DNA from: Roseibacillus sp.
Lineage (GTDB): Bacteria; Verrucomicrobiota; Verrucomicrobiia; Verrucomicrobiales; Akkermansiaceae
Assembly (NCBI GenBank): GCA_051251855.1
Contig: JBPOGI010000007.1
Coordinates: 32,001-96,000, forward strand
Reading direction: 5' to 3'
Length of the DNA: 64,000 nt
Part shown: one piece after another, positions 29,580-40,537 of the stretch
How positions within the stretch are numbered: the stretch's first letter is position 1
Layout: each line of letters starts with the position of its first letter
The notes under the pieces: generated by a model
What the model was told of the DNA's origin: nothing
Database searches by the model: none
Seen by the model: only the letters and a program-made list of their open reading frames with translations
Made by a program: the position numbers and the translations under genes

Positions 29580-29733
29580 AGATTTTTTTAGTGGAAGTTG
29601 AGTTTTGAATTTTATTTGAAGGAAGAGAGCCAGACCCTTCCATTTAATAGAACGAGAGCGATCTGATAAACTTTAACGCGTTTATGGAATTTTTTCTATT
29701 CATCAAAGATTGATTATTTATCACACCCAAGAG

Positions 29734-31770
29734 CTATTTCTCCACAAGCTCCACCGCAGAAGAAAGACTCTCCGAGAGAACCGTGGTCACCTGCTCGGAA
29801 GTCACAATCACCCTTCGCAGACTCCTCATTTCCTGCAAGGGTTCAAGCGATTGAATCTTCGTGTTTCGAATATCAATCTCTCTTAAACGAAGTCCCTGAA
29901 GGTCACTCAAATTAGTAATCCTCGTCCCACTGAGATCCAGCCGCTCAAGATCCAAAAAACGCAGGAGGCTACGAGATGTTGGCGACCGCACTAATCGACC
30001 CAACCCTGGCCCACCTATCTTCAAAGCACGGGCTTCCGGTTGATAGTGAAACTGCTTTGAGTCCCAATCGGGATTCGCGACCGCGAGGACTTCTCGCACG
30101 CAAGCCGCTCTCGTCGAGTTCGACCTTTCATTCCGAGCATCATATTCCAGCATTTTTTCCGCCAGAGCAGAACGACTCCGTAGGTCGGGAGAATTCAGCT
30201 CCTGCAATAACTCTAGAAAGTCATCGTCAGAAAGGCTCTCACGTTGGTGCTTTTTAAGCGCATACTTGCGAGCAAGAGGAACAAGATCCGGGAAGACATA
30301 CTTACCCTCTTCCGTAATTCCGACTGCTTTCTCAAATTGCTGAGTGAGAAAATACATCCAGAATTTCTGATTCCAAATGTAGTGTCCAGGGGGCGGATTC
30401 TCCTCCGTAACAGCCTCAAGCCCCTTCAGATTAGAATCGAGGAAATCGGCGAAGCTGAAATCTCTCTTAAAAAAAAGATCGACGAGTTGGGATGAAGCCG
30501 TCCACGACAAGCGCGCTTCCCGTTGCAAACGAGCTTCCGAAACTTCCTTCTCCTCCTGTAACTCCTCAAGCGCTTTCAGCGTCCGAATCTTTGCTCGCTC
30601 TTCATCCGCCTGTGCGATCGTCGCTTGGCTCATGGCTTTCTCAGCCGCGTCCCGTGCTCGATTCGCCTCGTTTCGGCTGCTCTGTAGATTGGCAATGAAG
30701 AGGCTCGTGGCGGCAAACAAGATGAGCAACGAACCCAAGATAATATTCGAGACCTGACGGTTCCGCCGGTAAAACAGAGCGATTTCTCTTCGCGCCGTTT
30801 TCTTCTCTACGGAAGTTCGAAACCCTCCCAGATAGCGCTCCAAATCAAGCTGCATTTCCTCCACGGTCCGGTAACGCATCTCAGGCTCATTGGCCTTGGC
30901 CTTGCTCACGATAGCTTCCAAACCAGCATCTGCTTCCTGCTCTTCCTCCCCCACGGAGCCAGCAGATGCCGGAACGAGCAATTCCTCCATGATACAGCCC
31001 AGCGCGTAGATGTCCATTTGAGGGGTTTTGAGAACCCTCGGGTCAAAGAGCTCGGGAGCCATGTAGTTAGTCGTGCCCTTCACCGCCTGTTGCATGGAGC
31101 CATAGAGATCAGGATCCAGTAGAACGTCCGAGGTCTTGTCCTCTTCTGTTTGCACGACCACGCCTAGACCCCAATCGCAAATTTGAACCTCTCCAAAAGC
31201 TCCCACTTGAATATTGGCTGGCTTGAGGTCGAGATGAAGAACCCGCCGCGAATGCGCGTAAGAAACACCCTCAAAAATTTTCTGTAGAATACCCAACCGG
31301 CGAAGCAGAGGCCAATCCTCCTCCCCTCTTGCTTCTCGAAAATCAGCAAGAAGCGCCTTGAGTGAGCGGCCACGCTTAAACTCCATCGTAAAGAAGGGAC
31401 GCTCCTTCTCATCCACCCCCATCCCAAAAAGGTTGATAATGCAAGGGTGCTCCAAACGAGCTGTAATATGAGCCTCGCGCAGGAAAGAGTCGTAAAAATC
31501 TCTCCCCAACTTTTGCAAAGGTTTGGCCAAGGCCACTTGACGAGAAGTCCTGCGATCATACACCAAGTAGACTTCTTTCATTCCGCCCGTTGCGATCAGC
31601 TTTTTTTCGACATAGCGATCGTCTTCAGCTCTGAGAGAATCATAAAGAGGGGTTTGCAAATCCACCTCCTCCTCGCTCAGGCTCATCGGATCACCCTCCT
31701 CATAGAGCGAGTCCGCGAAAGACTCTAATCCGGAGAGGCTAGCCTTCTTCTTTTCCTCACTTTTGATCAT
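29734..31770 (-). CDS. Hanks-type Ser/Thr protein kinase with a TM segment, coiled coil and C-terminal LRR-like repeats
   Basis: GGMKEV, FLREA..ARLEHP, HLDLKPANI, DWG, GT..YMAPE and DIYALG; LERLDLSGTRI / LREIDIRNTKI. Confidence 0.93.
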   Translation of the reverse strand: MIKSEEKKKASLSGLESFADSLYEEGDPMSLSEEEVDLQTPLYDSLRAEDDRYVEKKLIATGGMKEVYLVYDRRTSRQVALAKPLQKLGRDFYDSFLREAHITARLEHPCIINLFGMGVDEKERPFFTMEFKRGRSLKALLADFREARGEEDWPLLRRLGILQKIFEGVSYAHSRRVLHLDLKPANIQVGAFGEVQICDWGLGVVVQTEEDKTSDVLLDPDLYGSMQQAVKGTTNYMAPELFDPRVLKTPQMDIYALGCIMEELLVPASAGSVGEEEQEADAGLEAIVSKAKANEPEMRYRTVEEMQLDLERYLGGFRTSVEKKTARREIALFYRRNRQVSNIILGSLLILFAATSLFIANLQSSRNEANRARDAAEKAMSQATIAQADEERAKIRTLKALEELQEEKEVSEARLQREARLSWTASSQLVDLFFKRDFSFADFLDSNLKGLEAVTEENPPPGHYIWNQKFWMYFLTQQFEKAVGITEEGKYVFPDLVPLARKYALKKHQRESLSDDDFLELLQELNSPDLRSRSALAEKMLEYDARNERSNSTRAACVREVLAVANPDWDSKQFHYQPEARALKIGGPGLGRLVRSPTSRSLLRFLDLERLDLSGTRITNLSDLQGLRLREIDIRNTKIQSLEPLQEMRSLRRVIVTSEQVTTVLSESLSSAVELVEK

Positions 31771-32374
31771 AGAGGCTTTCCTGTTCGAGTCTGATTTGAG
31801 CAATCTCTTGCTGCACCCGTTTTTTCACGCGGCTCTTGAGGACATAAACACTCTGTGATCGAATCGACAATCTCTCCCCGACTTCTTCCGCAGAGACCCC
31901 TTCGAGAGACAATCGGAGAACCTCGAATGCATTGCTCGAAAATACCGGCTTGAGTCGCTCCAAAGCTGTCGCAACCACATGGCGCTGCCATTCTCGCTCA
32001 ATCATCACCGTGATCTCGGGCGCCGAAATCGTTCGTTCATCGACACTCTCATCAGTGCCACGCTTCAGGTCCCTGTTTTTCTGTCCCCGCAACCAATCAA
32101 TGGCCACATTCCGAATCACGACTGCCAACCAACTGCGAAACTTGGAATCTTCCGATTGCTTTTGGTAAGTGCCGAGTCTCTGCCAGAGTTTCAGAAACAC
32201 CTGCTGCCTCACATCATCGATATCGGGCTCTCGAAATCACATATTCCTCAATACGGCGTCGATGAAAGGCTCGTAAAACTGAAGAAACTCATTCCAGACG
32301 TCATGCTCCGAAGAGGTCGTCACCCGCTAAATCATCGACGGCTGGGTGAGCATGGTGGAATGGTTTGTTGCCAT
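31757..32374 (-). pseudogene. ECF (sigma-70 group 4) sigma factor interrupted by two in-frame stops
   Basis: From ATG 32374: MATNHSTMLTQPSMI*RVTTSSEHDVWNEFLQFYEPFIDAVLRNM*FREPDIDDVRQQVFLKLW..FRSWL. Stops are TAG at 32327-32329 and TGA at 32237-32239; region 4 is intact. Confidence 0.85.
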
Positions 32375-32669
32375 CTTTTGTCTTTAGAAGGAAAAGAGTT
32401 AGTAAAGCCTAAATACAGCTCTGTGATGAGAGGTTTATCACCCTAAGATAATGAAGGTTATTCCAGTTCAACTCTCCTGAAAAGTCCCACCTCATTGAAT
32501 TCGACCTCAGCACCCTCACTCATTGAATCAGTCCCTTCGCAGCCTTCTCCTAAGACCATTTCAAAAAAAGGAAACAAGCTCATTCTCAAAAAGCGACTCC
32601 GAACCAACCCTTTTATTGGGTAGGAGAATCTATTGAAAATCCCCCTCATCTCTGCCAGCTTCCGCCCAC

Positions 32670-34166
32670 ATGAAAGGAATTTGCTATCTCGTCGGCGCTG
32701 GCCCCGGAGACATCGGTTTGACCACCATCAAGGCCAAGGAATGCATCGAGACCTGTGACGTCCTCGTTTACGACGCCCTGAGCAGCGCCGAACTCCTCAA
32801 TTGGACCAAACCCGGCTGCGAAAAAATCTTTGCGGGCAAGCGCGCTAAGGACCACGCCATCCCCCAGGACCAAATCAATGACCTCATCGTGAAAAAGTCC
32901 CTCGAAGGAAAATCCGTCTGTCGACTCAAAGGTGGCGACCCCATGATTTTCGGACGCGGCGGCGAGGAAGCAGCCGAACTCGCTGAGGCCGGCGTCCCCT
33001 TCGAGATCGTGCCTGGAATATCCTCCACCATCGGCGGCCCCGCCTACGCCGGCATCCCCGTCACCCACCGCGCCCACAATACCCAACTCACCATCTTCAC
33101 CGGGCACGAAGACCCGACTAAGGACGAGTCCTCCTTCGACTACGACCAACTCGCCAAAGCACCCGGCACTAAAGTCTTTGTGATGGGAGTGGCTCGCTTA
33201 CGCGAAATCACCACCAAGTTCATCGAACACGGCGCTGCACCTGACACCCCCATAGCCCTCACGCGCTGGGCCACTACTGGTCGGCACCGTACCATCACCG
33301 GCACTCTCACCGACATCGCCGATACCGCCGAGCGCGAAAACTTCAAGTCCCCCGCCGTCGCCGTCATCGGCACCGTCGTTAACGAGCGCGAGAAGATCAA
33401 CTGGTTCGAGAGTCGCCCTCTCTTTGGCAAGCGCATCGTCGTCACCCGCACCCGTGAGCAAGCGGGCAAGCTCTCCAAGCAGCTCAGCAACCTTGGTGCG
33501 GATGTGATCGAGCTTCCTACCATCCGTATAGAGAACCCTGACGACACCCTCGATTTCGCCGAATCTGTTCGCGACGCTCATACCTACGACTGGCTCGTCT
33601 TCACCAGCCCCAACGGAGTCGAACGCTTCTTCGAAGGCTTCTACGCCATCTACAAAGATGCTCGCAGTCTCGGCGGACCCAAAATCGCCGCCATCGGGCC
33701 CGCCACCGTTGCAAAGATCAACGAATATCGTTTCACCGTCGATCTCGTGCCCGACAAGCACGTCGCCGAGGGTCTTCTTGATGCCTTCAAAGACCAATTC
33801 GTTGATAGCCAGACCATCCTCTGGGTCAAAGCCGACGAAACCCGCATGGTTATCGCCGACGGCCTGAATGCTCTCAACGCAATCGTCGACATCTGCGTCG
33901 CCTACAAAACCGTCCCCGAAACCGAGGACCCCACGGGCGCACGCGAGATTCTTGAAAAAGAAGGTGCCGACTTCATCACCTTCACCAGTGGCAGTACTGC
34001 CGAGCACTTCTTTGCAATGGGGATTCCCCTCCCCGAACACTGCAAGCTCGCCTCCATCGGTCCCGTCACGAGCAAAACCCTCACCACACTCGGGCACACT
34101 CCTCACATCGAAGCCAAGTCTCACGACATCCCTGGACTCGTCGAAGCGATCCTCGAATCCGAGTAA
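32670..34166 (+). CDS. cobA: Fused uroporphyrinogen-III C-methyltransferase / uroporphyrinogen-III synthase (CobA-HemD)
   Basis: YLVGAGPGD, RLKGGDP.IFGRGGEE and YAGIPVTHR, then HemD motifs IVVTR, FTSPNGV, FTSGST and IGPVT. Confidence 0.95.
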   Translation: MKGICYLVGAGPGDIGLTTIKAKECIETCDVLVYDALSSAELLNWTKPGCEKIFAGKRAKDHAIPQDQINDLIVKKSLEGKSVCRLKGGDPMIFGRGGEEAAELAEAGVPFEIVPGISSTIGGPAYAGIPVTHRAHNTQLTIFTGHEDPTKDESSFDYDQLAKAPGTKVFVMGVARLREITTKFIEHGAAPDTPIALTRWATTGRHRTITGTLTDIADTAERENFKSPAVAVIGTVVNEREKINWFESRPLFGKRIVVTRTREQAGKLSKQLSNLGADVIELPTIRIENPDDTLDFAESVRDAHTYDWLVFTSPNGVERFFEGFYAIYKDARSLGGPKIAAIGPATVAKINEYRFTVDLVPDKHVAEGLLDAFKDQFVDSQTILWVKADETRMVIADGLNALNAIVDICVAYKTVPETEDPTGAREILEKEGADFITFTSGSTAEHFFAMGIPLPEHCKLASIGPVTSKTLTTLGHTPHIEAKSHDIPGLVEAILESE

Positions 34167-34174
34167 AGCTCAAC

Positions 34175-34264
34175 TGGAGGGGCGGCCTTTACTGCCGCCC
34201 GATTCGTTGCAGGCGGCAATAAAAGCCGCCTCTCCATTCCTATGACGAATCAAGTCGTCAATCC
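34175..34264. repeat. REP-like palindromes (GGAG type): an inverted pair plus a second unit
   Basis: TGGAGGGGCGGCCTTTACTGCCGCC (34175-34199) is inverted against 34212-34236. ATGACGAATCAAGTCGTCAATCC lies at 34242-34264. Both unit types recur near 55404-55463. Confidence 0.75.
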
Positions 34265-34909
34265 TCAAGCTTCGTAGTCGCTCAAGTTGTCCGCAATATG
34301 CACTGCATGGTCGCCAATTCTCTCTAGCGAACGCGCCACAAACATGAGGTGAATCAACTCCTTGTAGTTCTCAGGGTTCCCCTCAATCGCCGAAGTGTAA
34401 GTCTTACGCGCCTTCTTATAGAGCTTATCGATCTCATTATCCTCCTCTCCCAACTCAGAAACCATATCCGGGTTGTTGTCGCTATAAGCTACGATGGCCT
34501 GCCCCAAGGCTTGATCCGCCTTCAAGTAAATCGGCTCCAAAAGGTTCACCTCTGCCACCTCAGCAATCGCCAAAATTTTGGGAGCCCTCTTCGCAATCTT
34601 TACCACATGGCTAGAAATACGTTCAAGGTTCGCGGCTACCTTCATCGAAGCGAGAACAAAACGCAGGTCCGAAGCCACGGGCTGAAAGCGAACAATCACA
34701 TTCATGGAATCCTCATCGATACGTGATGCTAAAGAAGTCATTTCATCCTGACTCGCCAATACCTCCGCGACCTTATCCAACTCTCGCTTGAGGAGAGCGT
34801 CGATGGAAAGATGTAAATTCGTGCGGCAAAGGACTCCCAGTTCAAGGACATCCTCTTTCAATCCGGTGAGAGCTTCATCAAAGCTCGCTAAAATGTGTTT
34901 ACCTGGCAT
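34265..34909 (-). CDS. phoU: Phosphate signalling complex protein PhoU
   Basis: QPVASDLR, LERIS.H and ARSLERIGDHA; last gene of the pst operon. Confidence 0.95.
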   Translation of the reverse strand: MPGKHILASFDEALTGLKEDVLELGVLCRTNLHLSIDALLKRELDKVAEVLASQDEMTSLASRIDEDSMNVIVRFQPVASDLRFVLASMKVAANLERISSHVVKIAKRAPKILAIAEVAEVNLLEPIYLKADQALGQAIVAYSDNNPDMVSELGEEDNEIDKLYKKARKTYTSAIEGNPENYKELIHLMFVARSLERIGDHAVHIADNLSDYEA

Positions 34910-34993
34910 AAGAAAAAATTGGGGTGCTTCTATTTGTCAGAAACAACTTCGATAGTTTGAGCCTACTACAGAGTCGGTGACTTCGCATTATTT

Positions 34994-35824
34994 TTATCCA
35001 AAGCGGCCACTGATGTAATCTTCCGTTTGCTTCTGCTGAGGAGTACTAAAGAGGCTCGCAGTGGTATCATACTCGATCAACTTACCGAGATAGAAGAAGG
35101 CTGTATTATCCGAAATACGCGACGCCTGCTGCATACTGTGAGTCACAATCACGATGGTGTAGTCCTCTCGGAGTTCCATAATGAGCTCCTCCACCTTGGC
35201 AGTCGCAATTGGATCGAGCGCAGAACAAGGCTCATCCATCAAGATAACATGAGGCTGCACCGCAATCGCACGCGCAATACAAAGACGCTGCTGCTGACCA
35301 CCCGAGAGACCAAAAGCACTGGTATTCAGTCTATCTTTCACTTCATCCCACAAAGCCGCCCCTTTCAGGCTCCGCTCTACAATCGCTTCTAACTCTTTCT
35401 TATCCCGAATACCTTGGATACGCGGGCCATACGAGACGTTCTCGAAAATCGACTTCGGGAAGGGATTATACTTTTGAAACACCATCCCTACCTGCTTGCG
35501 CAACTCAATAACATCCACCTCAGGAGAATGAATCTCCTGCCCCATAATCTTAATCTCACCGCTCGTCACTTTCGCAGTATCGATGAGGTCGTTCATGCGA
35601 TTGAAACAACGAAGAAAGGTCGACTTACCACAACCCGAGGGCCCGATAAATGCCGTTACCTGCTTCTCGGGAATATCGAGGGTGATGTGATCCAGGGTGT
35701 TGGTCTTGCCGTGGTCGTAACTGAAACTGAGGTCGGAGACCTCGATCATCGTCTTTCCCTCCACCGCGCCAATGACGGCTTCGTCAGGCATCTCTTCTCC
35801 TAAAACTTCGGTTTCTTGATTCAT
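34994..35824 (-). CDS. pstB: Phosphate ABC transporter ATP-binding protein
   Basis: [31 protein letters not shown] and [10 protein letters not shown]. Confidence 0.98.
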   Translation of the reverse strand: MNQETEVLGEEMPDEAVIGAVEGKTMIEVSDLSFSYDHGKTNTLDHITLDIPEKQVTAFIGPSGCGKSTFLRCFNRMNDLIDTAKVTSGEIKIMGQEIHSPEVDVIELRKQVGMVFQKYNPFPKSIFENVSYGPRIQGIRDKKELEAIVERSLKGAALWDEVKDRLNTSAFGLSGGQQQRLCIARAIAVQPHVILMDEPCSALDPIATAKVEELIMELREDYTIVIVTHSMQQASRISDNTAFFYLGKLIEYDTTASLFSTPQQKQTEDYISGRFG

Positions 35825-35830
35825 CTCGAA

Positions 35831-37474
35831 CTACCACTTTAATTTACTGCGCATACGGATACGCAACCATACGGAAAGCCCTGCAAAGGACATCACAAAA
35901 AGCATAAAGACCAACACCGCCCCATCCTGCATCGGACGGGTGTATTCCGATTGCGGAATGCGAGCCGCCACCGTGTAAATATGATAGGGCAGCGCCTGCA
36001 CTGACTGCGACATAAACTCGAAGAACCAACCTAACCCCGCGCGATTGATCCCTTCCCAAGGCAAAAGCGAACGCTCGGCCAGGGCCGCCGTGAACATAAT
36101 GGGCGCCGTCTCTCCCGCAACCCTCGTAATTCCCAAAACCGAGGCCGTCAGAATCCCCGGCATCGCGTAGGGCAAGACTGCAGTTCGAATCGACTGCCAT
36201 TTCGTCGCCCCCAGAGCCAGAGAAGCCTCGCGATACCCTTTCGGAACCGCCCGCAAGGATTCCTCGCAGGCTGTGATAATCACCGGTAACACCATCACCG
36301 CGAGCGTGAAGCCACCCGCCAACATGCAAGTCCCCCACCCCTCAAAACTGAGATACCAACGACCATTCCAAACCGCCTTGGAGCGATTCGCATTGGCGAG
36401 GCGAATCCCGTCCTTAATAGGTTCACCCTTCACCACCAAAATATCACGTTCAATTTGCTGGCGAACCGAAGGCTCCGAAAAAGAGGGCCACAACGGCACT
36501 CGAATCGCATCACGCACCGCCACCACATTCGTGACCTTGGGAGCGAGAAAGACAAAGAGCATCAATCCAAAAAGCCCGAAGACAATCGAAGGAACACCCG
36601 CCAAGTTTAAAATCGCGAGACGAACCACGCCCAAAAAGGAGCCCTGCTTCGCGTACTCACTGAGATAGACACTGGCCGCAACCCCCACGAAGAGAGCCAC
36701 AACCATACAAATAATCACTAACAAAGCAGTGCCTATTAAGGGACCTAGTACCCCGCCAGCAGAGTAGGAATGAGTCTCCTCATCCACATCCTTCAATGCT
36801 TCGGGATTCAGGCCCTTGATTTTGAAAGAGATGGAAGAAGGCATTTCCAAAGCCGCTTTCTCAGCAAGGGAAAACCGCTTACGAGGATCGGAAACGGTCA
36901 CTGCCTGAGGATCGCGAATCGTCAAGTTGGCCGCAGCCGTTTGAAAGGATTCAAAGTCCACCGTGTCCATCATTCCTGCCAAAGCCTTTTTTACCTCAAT
37001 CGTCACCTCCCCATTTGGGTAACGCTTCAAGTAGTCGAACTTGGCTCCGGTCACTCCTTCCAAATCTCGCACCGACCCCAATGGGATACGATAGTCGCCC
37101 TCAGGAACGGCAAAAGTGGTGCGCTCTCGCTCGACCTCAAAGTTCTCTACGTTCGTGAATTTCGCCTGCGGATTCGAACGCTCCAAACGAGCAAAATCAG
37201 CCGGTGCTAACTCCAAGGGAGTATCGGCCGCAATCTTGAGCACAAAAAGAGTCTCCGGACTCTCGGTAATGAAGCTGGAACCATACTTCATCAACACCGG
37301 CACCCCGCGAACCGCGATGGTGCCGAAAATAATTCCCGCAATGAGAAGCACGAACCACGTCGAAGACCAAAGAACAGCTCGCTGAACCTTCTCCACTTTT
37401 TGCAAAGAACTCTCACGCGCTCCAAAAGGGTTGGAGGCGTTCGCTTTCTGTAGGGCTGTTTTCTTTTCCTTCAT
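35831..37474 (-). CDS. pstA: Phosphate ABC transporter permease PstA with a periplasmic insertion
   Basis: ATG 37474 overlaps the pstC stop (ATGA); [23 protein letters not shown] and RVAGETAP. Confidence 0.93.
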   Translation of the reverse strand: MKEKKTALQKANASNPFGARESSLQKVEKVQRAVLWSSTWFVLLIAGIIFGTIAVRGVPVLMKYGSSFITESPETLFVLKIAADTPLELAPADFARLERSNPQAKFTNVENFEVERERTTFAVPEGDYRIPLGSVRDLEGVTGAKFDYLKRYPNGEVTIEVKKALAGMMDTVDFESFQTAAANLTIRDPQAVTVSDPRKRFSLAEKAALEMPSSISFKIKGLNPEALKDVDEETHSYSAGGVLGPLIGTALLVIICMVVALFVGVAASVYLSEYAKQGSFLGVVRLAILNLAGVPSIVFGLFGLMLFVFLAPKVTNVVAVRDAIRVPLWPSFSEPSVRQQIERDILVVKGEPIKDGIRLANANRSKAVWNGRWYLSFEGWGTCMLAGGFTLAVMVLPVIITACEESLRAVPKGYREASLALGATKWQSIRTAVLPYAMPGILTASVLGITRVAGETAPIMFTAALAERSLLPWEGINRAGLGWFFEFMSQSVQALPYHIYTVAARIPQSEYTRPMQDGAVLVFMLFVMSFAGLSVWLRIRMRSKLKW

Positions 37475-39438
37475 GATTTGCTCCCGTAGCGTTTCAGAAT
37501 TTGTTGAGCGATTGAGTTCAAACCTAACGAAATCGTAAAGAGCACCATTCCGACCATAAAGAGCGCGCGCCAATGGAGAGAGCCTTGCTCTACTTCACCG
37601 GTCTCCTGCGCAATGATTCCCGTCATGGTGTGGGTAGGCTGAGCAATAATTCCCAATCCTTCCGCAAACTCGGGCATCGCAATCTTATTACCCGCCACCA
37701 AGAGCACCACCATGGTCTCACCAATAATGCGTCCAAATCCGAGCAAAACAGCTGCAATAATTCCCGAAAGCGCGGTCGGCACAATCACTTTTAGAATCGT
37801 CTGCAAGCGCGTGCTCCCCAATGCCAAAGAAGCATCACGATAGGCCTTGGGCACGTTGTTAAGCGCATCCTCTGCTAGCGTGAAAATGGTAGGAATAGAC
37901 ATGAAGGCCAGTAGCAACCCCGCGTTGAGGGCATTGAGACGCTCCTGCATCGGGAAGCCGGGAATCCAAGACAAAAACTCTAACTGACTGAAGTCCCGCA
38001 GAAAATCACCCAGCACCACAATTCCGAAGAATCCTAACACGATTGAAGGAATGGCCTGAATGAACTCGATCGTTGGCTTGATGAGGTTCTGCTCGCGAGG
38101 CCCCGCGATCTGATTCACGTAAATCGCGGAAGCCACCGAAAAAGGAACCGCGATAAAGATCGCAATCAGCGCAATCATGCACGAACCAGAAAACAAAGGC
38201 ATGAGACCATAGACATCGTTCCAGCTCGAGTTCGTCACCCACTCAGTTCCCAGGAAAAAGGTGGTCACCGAGTGCCACATCCCAATCTCATTCTTGTGAG
38301 ACCAATCCGCCGCTTGCTGGCCAAGATGCGCAAACTGCTTCTCAAACTTGGCCTCGACCTCCGGCAGCCCTGCCAAAATCTCATTCGAACTCTTGGCTGC
38401 CACTTGCTTGGGAAACTTTTGAACCAACTCTCGAGTCTGCGCGAAAAGCTGCTTTCGAACAGCGACATGCTCATCGCGTTTGGCATAGACAGCCTCGGTC
38501 ATCGCATCTGGGTCCGGCTCGGAGAGTTCAATAGCCGCCGCCCGAGCCAACATATCTGCTTTCTTGGCGGCGTCATCCGTCAAGCTCGCCCCGTCTTCGA
38601 GCGCCTTCTTGCGTCGAGGAGCCGTCTGCGACTTCTCCACCTCTTTCCGGTTGTCCGCCGTAGTAGACCGCAGGCCACTCCAAAGTTCTTCGAGCGGACT
38701 CTGCGCCGCCACCAACTCCCTCACCGCAGCTCCAAATTCGGCATACTTTTCCGCAGCTGCCCCCTGCTTCGATTCAATGGTCTCTTCCAGCTCCGCCAAC
38801 CACGGCGACTCCTCGCCCGCCAACGTTCGCACCACACTGCGCCTCGCATCAGCGAAATCCGCGGCCGCAGGCTTGACCTTGTTGCGCTCTAAATCATCCA
38901 AGAAAGTAGCCTCCCCCGCCTTCTTCACCGCCTCTTGATAAGCCTTTTTCGCCAGCTTGACTTCCGCCAAAGCCGCATCCAGCGCCTCTCCGCCCACAAA
39001 CTCCATCACCCCTGCTTTTTCCTCTGCTTTTTTGAGCGCCCGTTTCTCATCCTCCACCTTCTCCCGAATCAAGCCCTTCAGCTCCTGCACCACCTCCAAC
39101 AACGCCAACTCCCCTTCAGCGGCTTCCCGAATCTGCAGATTATAAGCCTGGGTCGCTTGCGAGGTGATTTTTCGATGAGCTTTGAGCTCCGCATCCATAT
39201 AACCTACATACTCCTGCCCCGTATTTCGATAGGCCCGAAGTTCCTCCAAATGCCGGGGAAAAAAGAAAAACGCCTCCTTCGCCAAAAAGGCCGAAATGAG
39301 AATCAAGACCACGATCGCCACCATCGCATTTCCGCCAAAGAAATAGCGGATTAGATCCTGCAGGCCCTTGCCTAGGATATTAAAGCCCGCTTTTTTGCGG
39401 AAGGCCTTCGCCTCACCTGTCACGGTGGTTTTTGACAT
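37471..39438 (-). CDS. pstC: Phosphate ABC transporter permease PstC with a large helical insertion
   Basis: [19 protein letters not shown] and [13 protein letters not shown]. Confidence 0.93.
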   Translation of the reverse strand: MSKTTVTGEAKAFRKKAGFNILGKGLQDLIRYFFGGNAMVAIVVLILISAFLAKEAFFFFPRHLEELRAYRNTGQEYVGYMDAELKAHRKITSQATQAYNLQIREAAEGELALLEVVQELKGLIREKVEDEKRALKKAEEKAGVMEFVGGEALDAALAEVKLAKKAYQEAVKKAGEATFLDDLERNKVKPAAADFADARRSVVRTLAGEESPWLAELEETIESKQGAAAEKYAEFGAAVRELVAAQSPLEELWSGLRSTTADNRKEVEKSQTAPRRKKALEDGASLTDDAAKKADMLARAAAIELSEPDPDAMTEAVYAKRDEHVAVRKQLFAQTRELVQKFPKQVAAKSSNEILAGLPEVEAKFEKQFAHLGQQAADWSHKNEIGMWHSVTTFFLGTEWVTNSSWNDVYGLMPLFSGSCMIALIAIFIAVPFSVASAIYVNQIAGPREQNLIKPTIEFIQAIPSIVLGFFGIVVLGDFLRDFSQLEFLSWIPGFPMQERLNALNAGLLLAFMSIPTIFTLAEDALNNVPKAYRDASLALGSTRLQTILKVIVPTALSGIIAAVLLGFGRIIGETMVVLLVAGNKIAMPEFAEGLGIIAQPTHTMTGIIAQETGEVEQGSLHWRALFMVGMVLFTISLGLNSIAQQILKRYGSKS

Positions 39439-39577
39439 CGGAGTTTTGAGGTAGTCTGGACGCTTGCGAGTTGTAAAGAACGGACTCTTGGGTTCAGACC
39501 TGCGAGACTAGAAGACCGTTCGAAATCTTTCAAATCGGAAGGAGAATCGAATTCTACTTCCCCTCTCTTAATAAATG

Positions 39578-39609
39578 AAAAAGGCGCCGGCTCTTACCTA
39601 CCAGCGCCT
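39578..39609 (-). terminator. Stem-loop or terminator between pstS and pstC
   Basis: Minus strand AGGCGCTGG...CCGGCGCCT followed by TTTT. Confidence 0.6.
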
Positions 39610-39631
39610 CTGAGATTTTATTTAAGCGATT

Positions 39632-40444
39632 CTACTTCTTAGCGGAAACGAATCCCACCTTTTCAATCACCTTTTGGGCAGTATCGTCGGTCTTTACCCA
39701 ATTCAAAAACTTCGCAACTTCACCGTCAGGCTCTCCCACAGTGTAGAAGTAAAGATTGCGCGAGAGTGGGTATTCCTCTGGAGATTCCAAGGCCTTGCCC
39801 TCTACCAACACAGGAGCCAATCCATCATTCTTCGCATACGCCAAGCCAACGTATCCGATGCCATTAGGGTTCTTGCCAACTTCAGAAGCAATGGCCTCGT
39901 TTCCAGCCATCTTCTGAGTAGAGGAACCATAGTCCCGCTTATTCATCGCTAACTCTTGGAAGCTCTTGTAGGTGCCGGAAGAAGTATTGCGGGTGTAGAC
40001 CGAAATGGCACCTTTCTTCCCTCCAAGCTCACTCCAATCGGTGATCTCTCCCGTGAAAACGCCTTCTATCTGCTTCTTCGTGAGGTCTTTAACAGAATTC
40101 CCTTCGTTAACCACGACCGCAATCATATCGATCCCAGCCACATGCTCGATAAGCTCCTTACCCTTCGCGGTAAAGGAGTCCTTTTCTCCATCTTTAGAGC
40201 CACGCGAGCTCATCCCAATGTCGGCGGTTCCTTCCAATAAAGAGGTGAAGGCAGTAGAAGAGCCCTCGGCCGCAATCTCAAATTCGGTCGCATTCCCCAT
40301 CGCTTTGTAAACAGCGGTCAATTGAGGAACCATCTTAGCGCCAAGGGTATCTGAGCCCTTAATTACGATTTTCGATTGCCCCAAAGCGACTCCGCTTAGG
40401 AGAACTCCAGTGGCGAGGGTAGCAATAACAGTTTTTACTTTCAT
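39632..40444 (-). CDS. pstS: Phosphate ABC transporter substrate-binding protein
   Basis: IKGSDT, GSSTAF, DIGMSSR, R..SSGT, IGYVG and YPLSR.L. Confidence 0.95.
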   Translation of the reverse strand: MKVKTVIATLATGVLLSGVALGQSKIVIKGSDTLGAKMVPQLTAVYKAMGNATEFEIAAEGSSTAFTSLLEGTADIGMSSRGSKDGEKDSFTAKGKELIEHVAGIDMIAVVVNEGNSVKDLTKKQIEGVFTGEITDWSELGGKKGAISVYTRNTSSGTYKSFQELAMNKRDYGSSTQKMAGNEAIASEVGKNPNGIGYVGLAYAKNDGLAPVLVEGKALESPEEYPLSRNLYFYTVGEPDGEVAKFLNWVKTDDTAQKVIEKVGFVSAKK

Positions 40445-40537
40445 AGTGTTGCAATTGTGGGTTCAGCCCGCAGCGATGAGCTGGTCCTGAACACGGGTCC
40501 AAAATGACGACTTCCTCTGGTCATGCGCATTCTTTTG

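Noticed and set aside
32237..32329. Sec or Pyl recoding of the TGA and TAG in the sigma gene
   Set aside because: Neither position is a catalytic Cys-type site, no convincing SECIS follows the TGA, and double recoding of a sigma factor is implausible. Nonsense mutations or sequence error are simpler.
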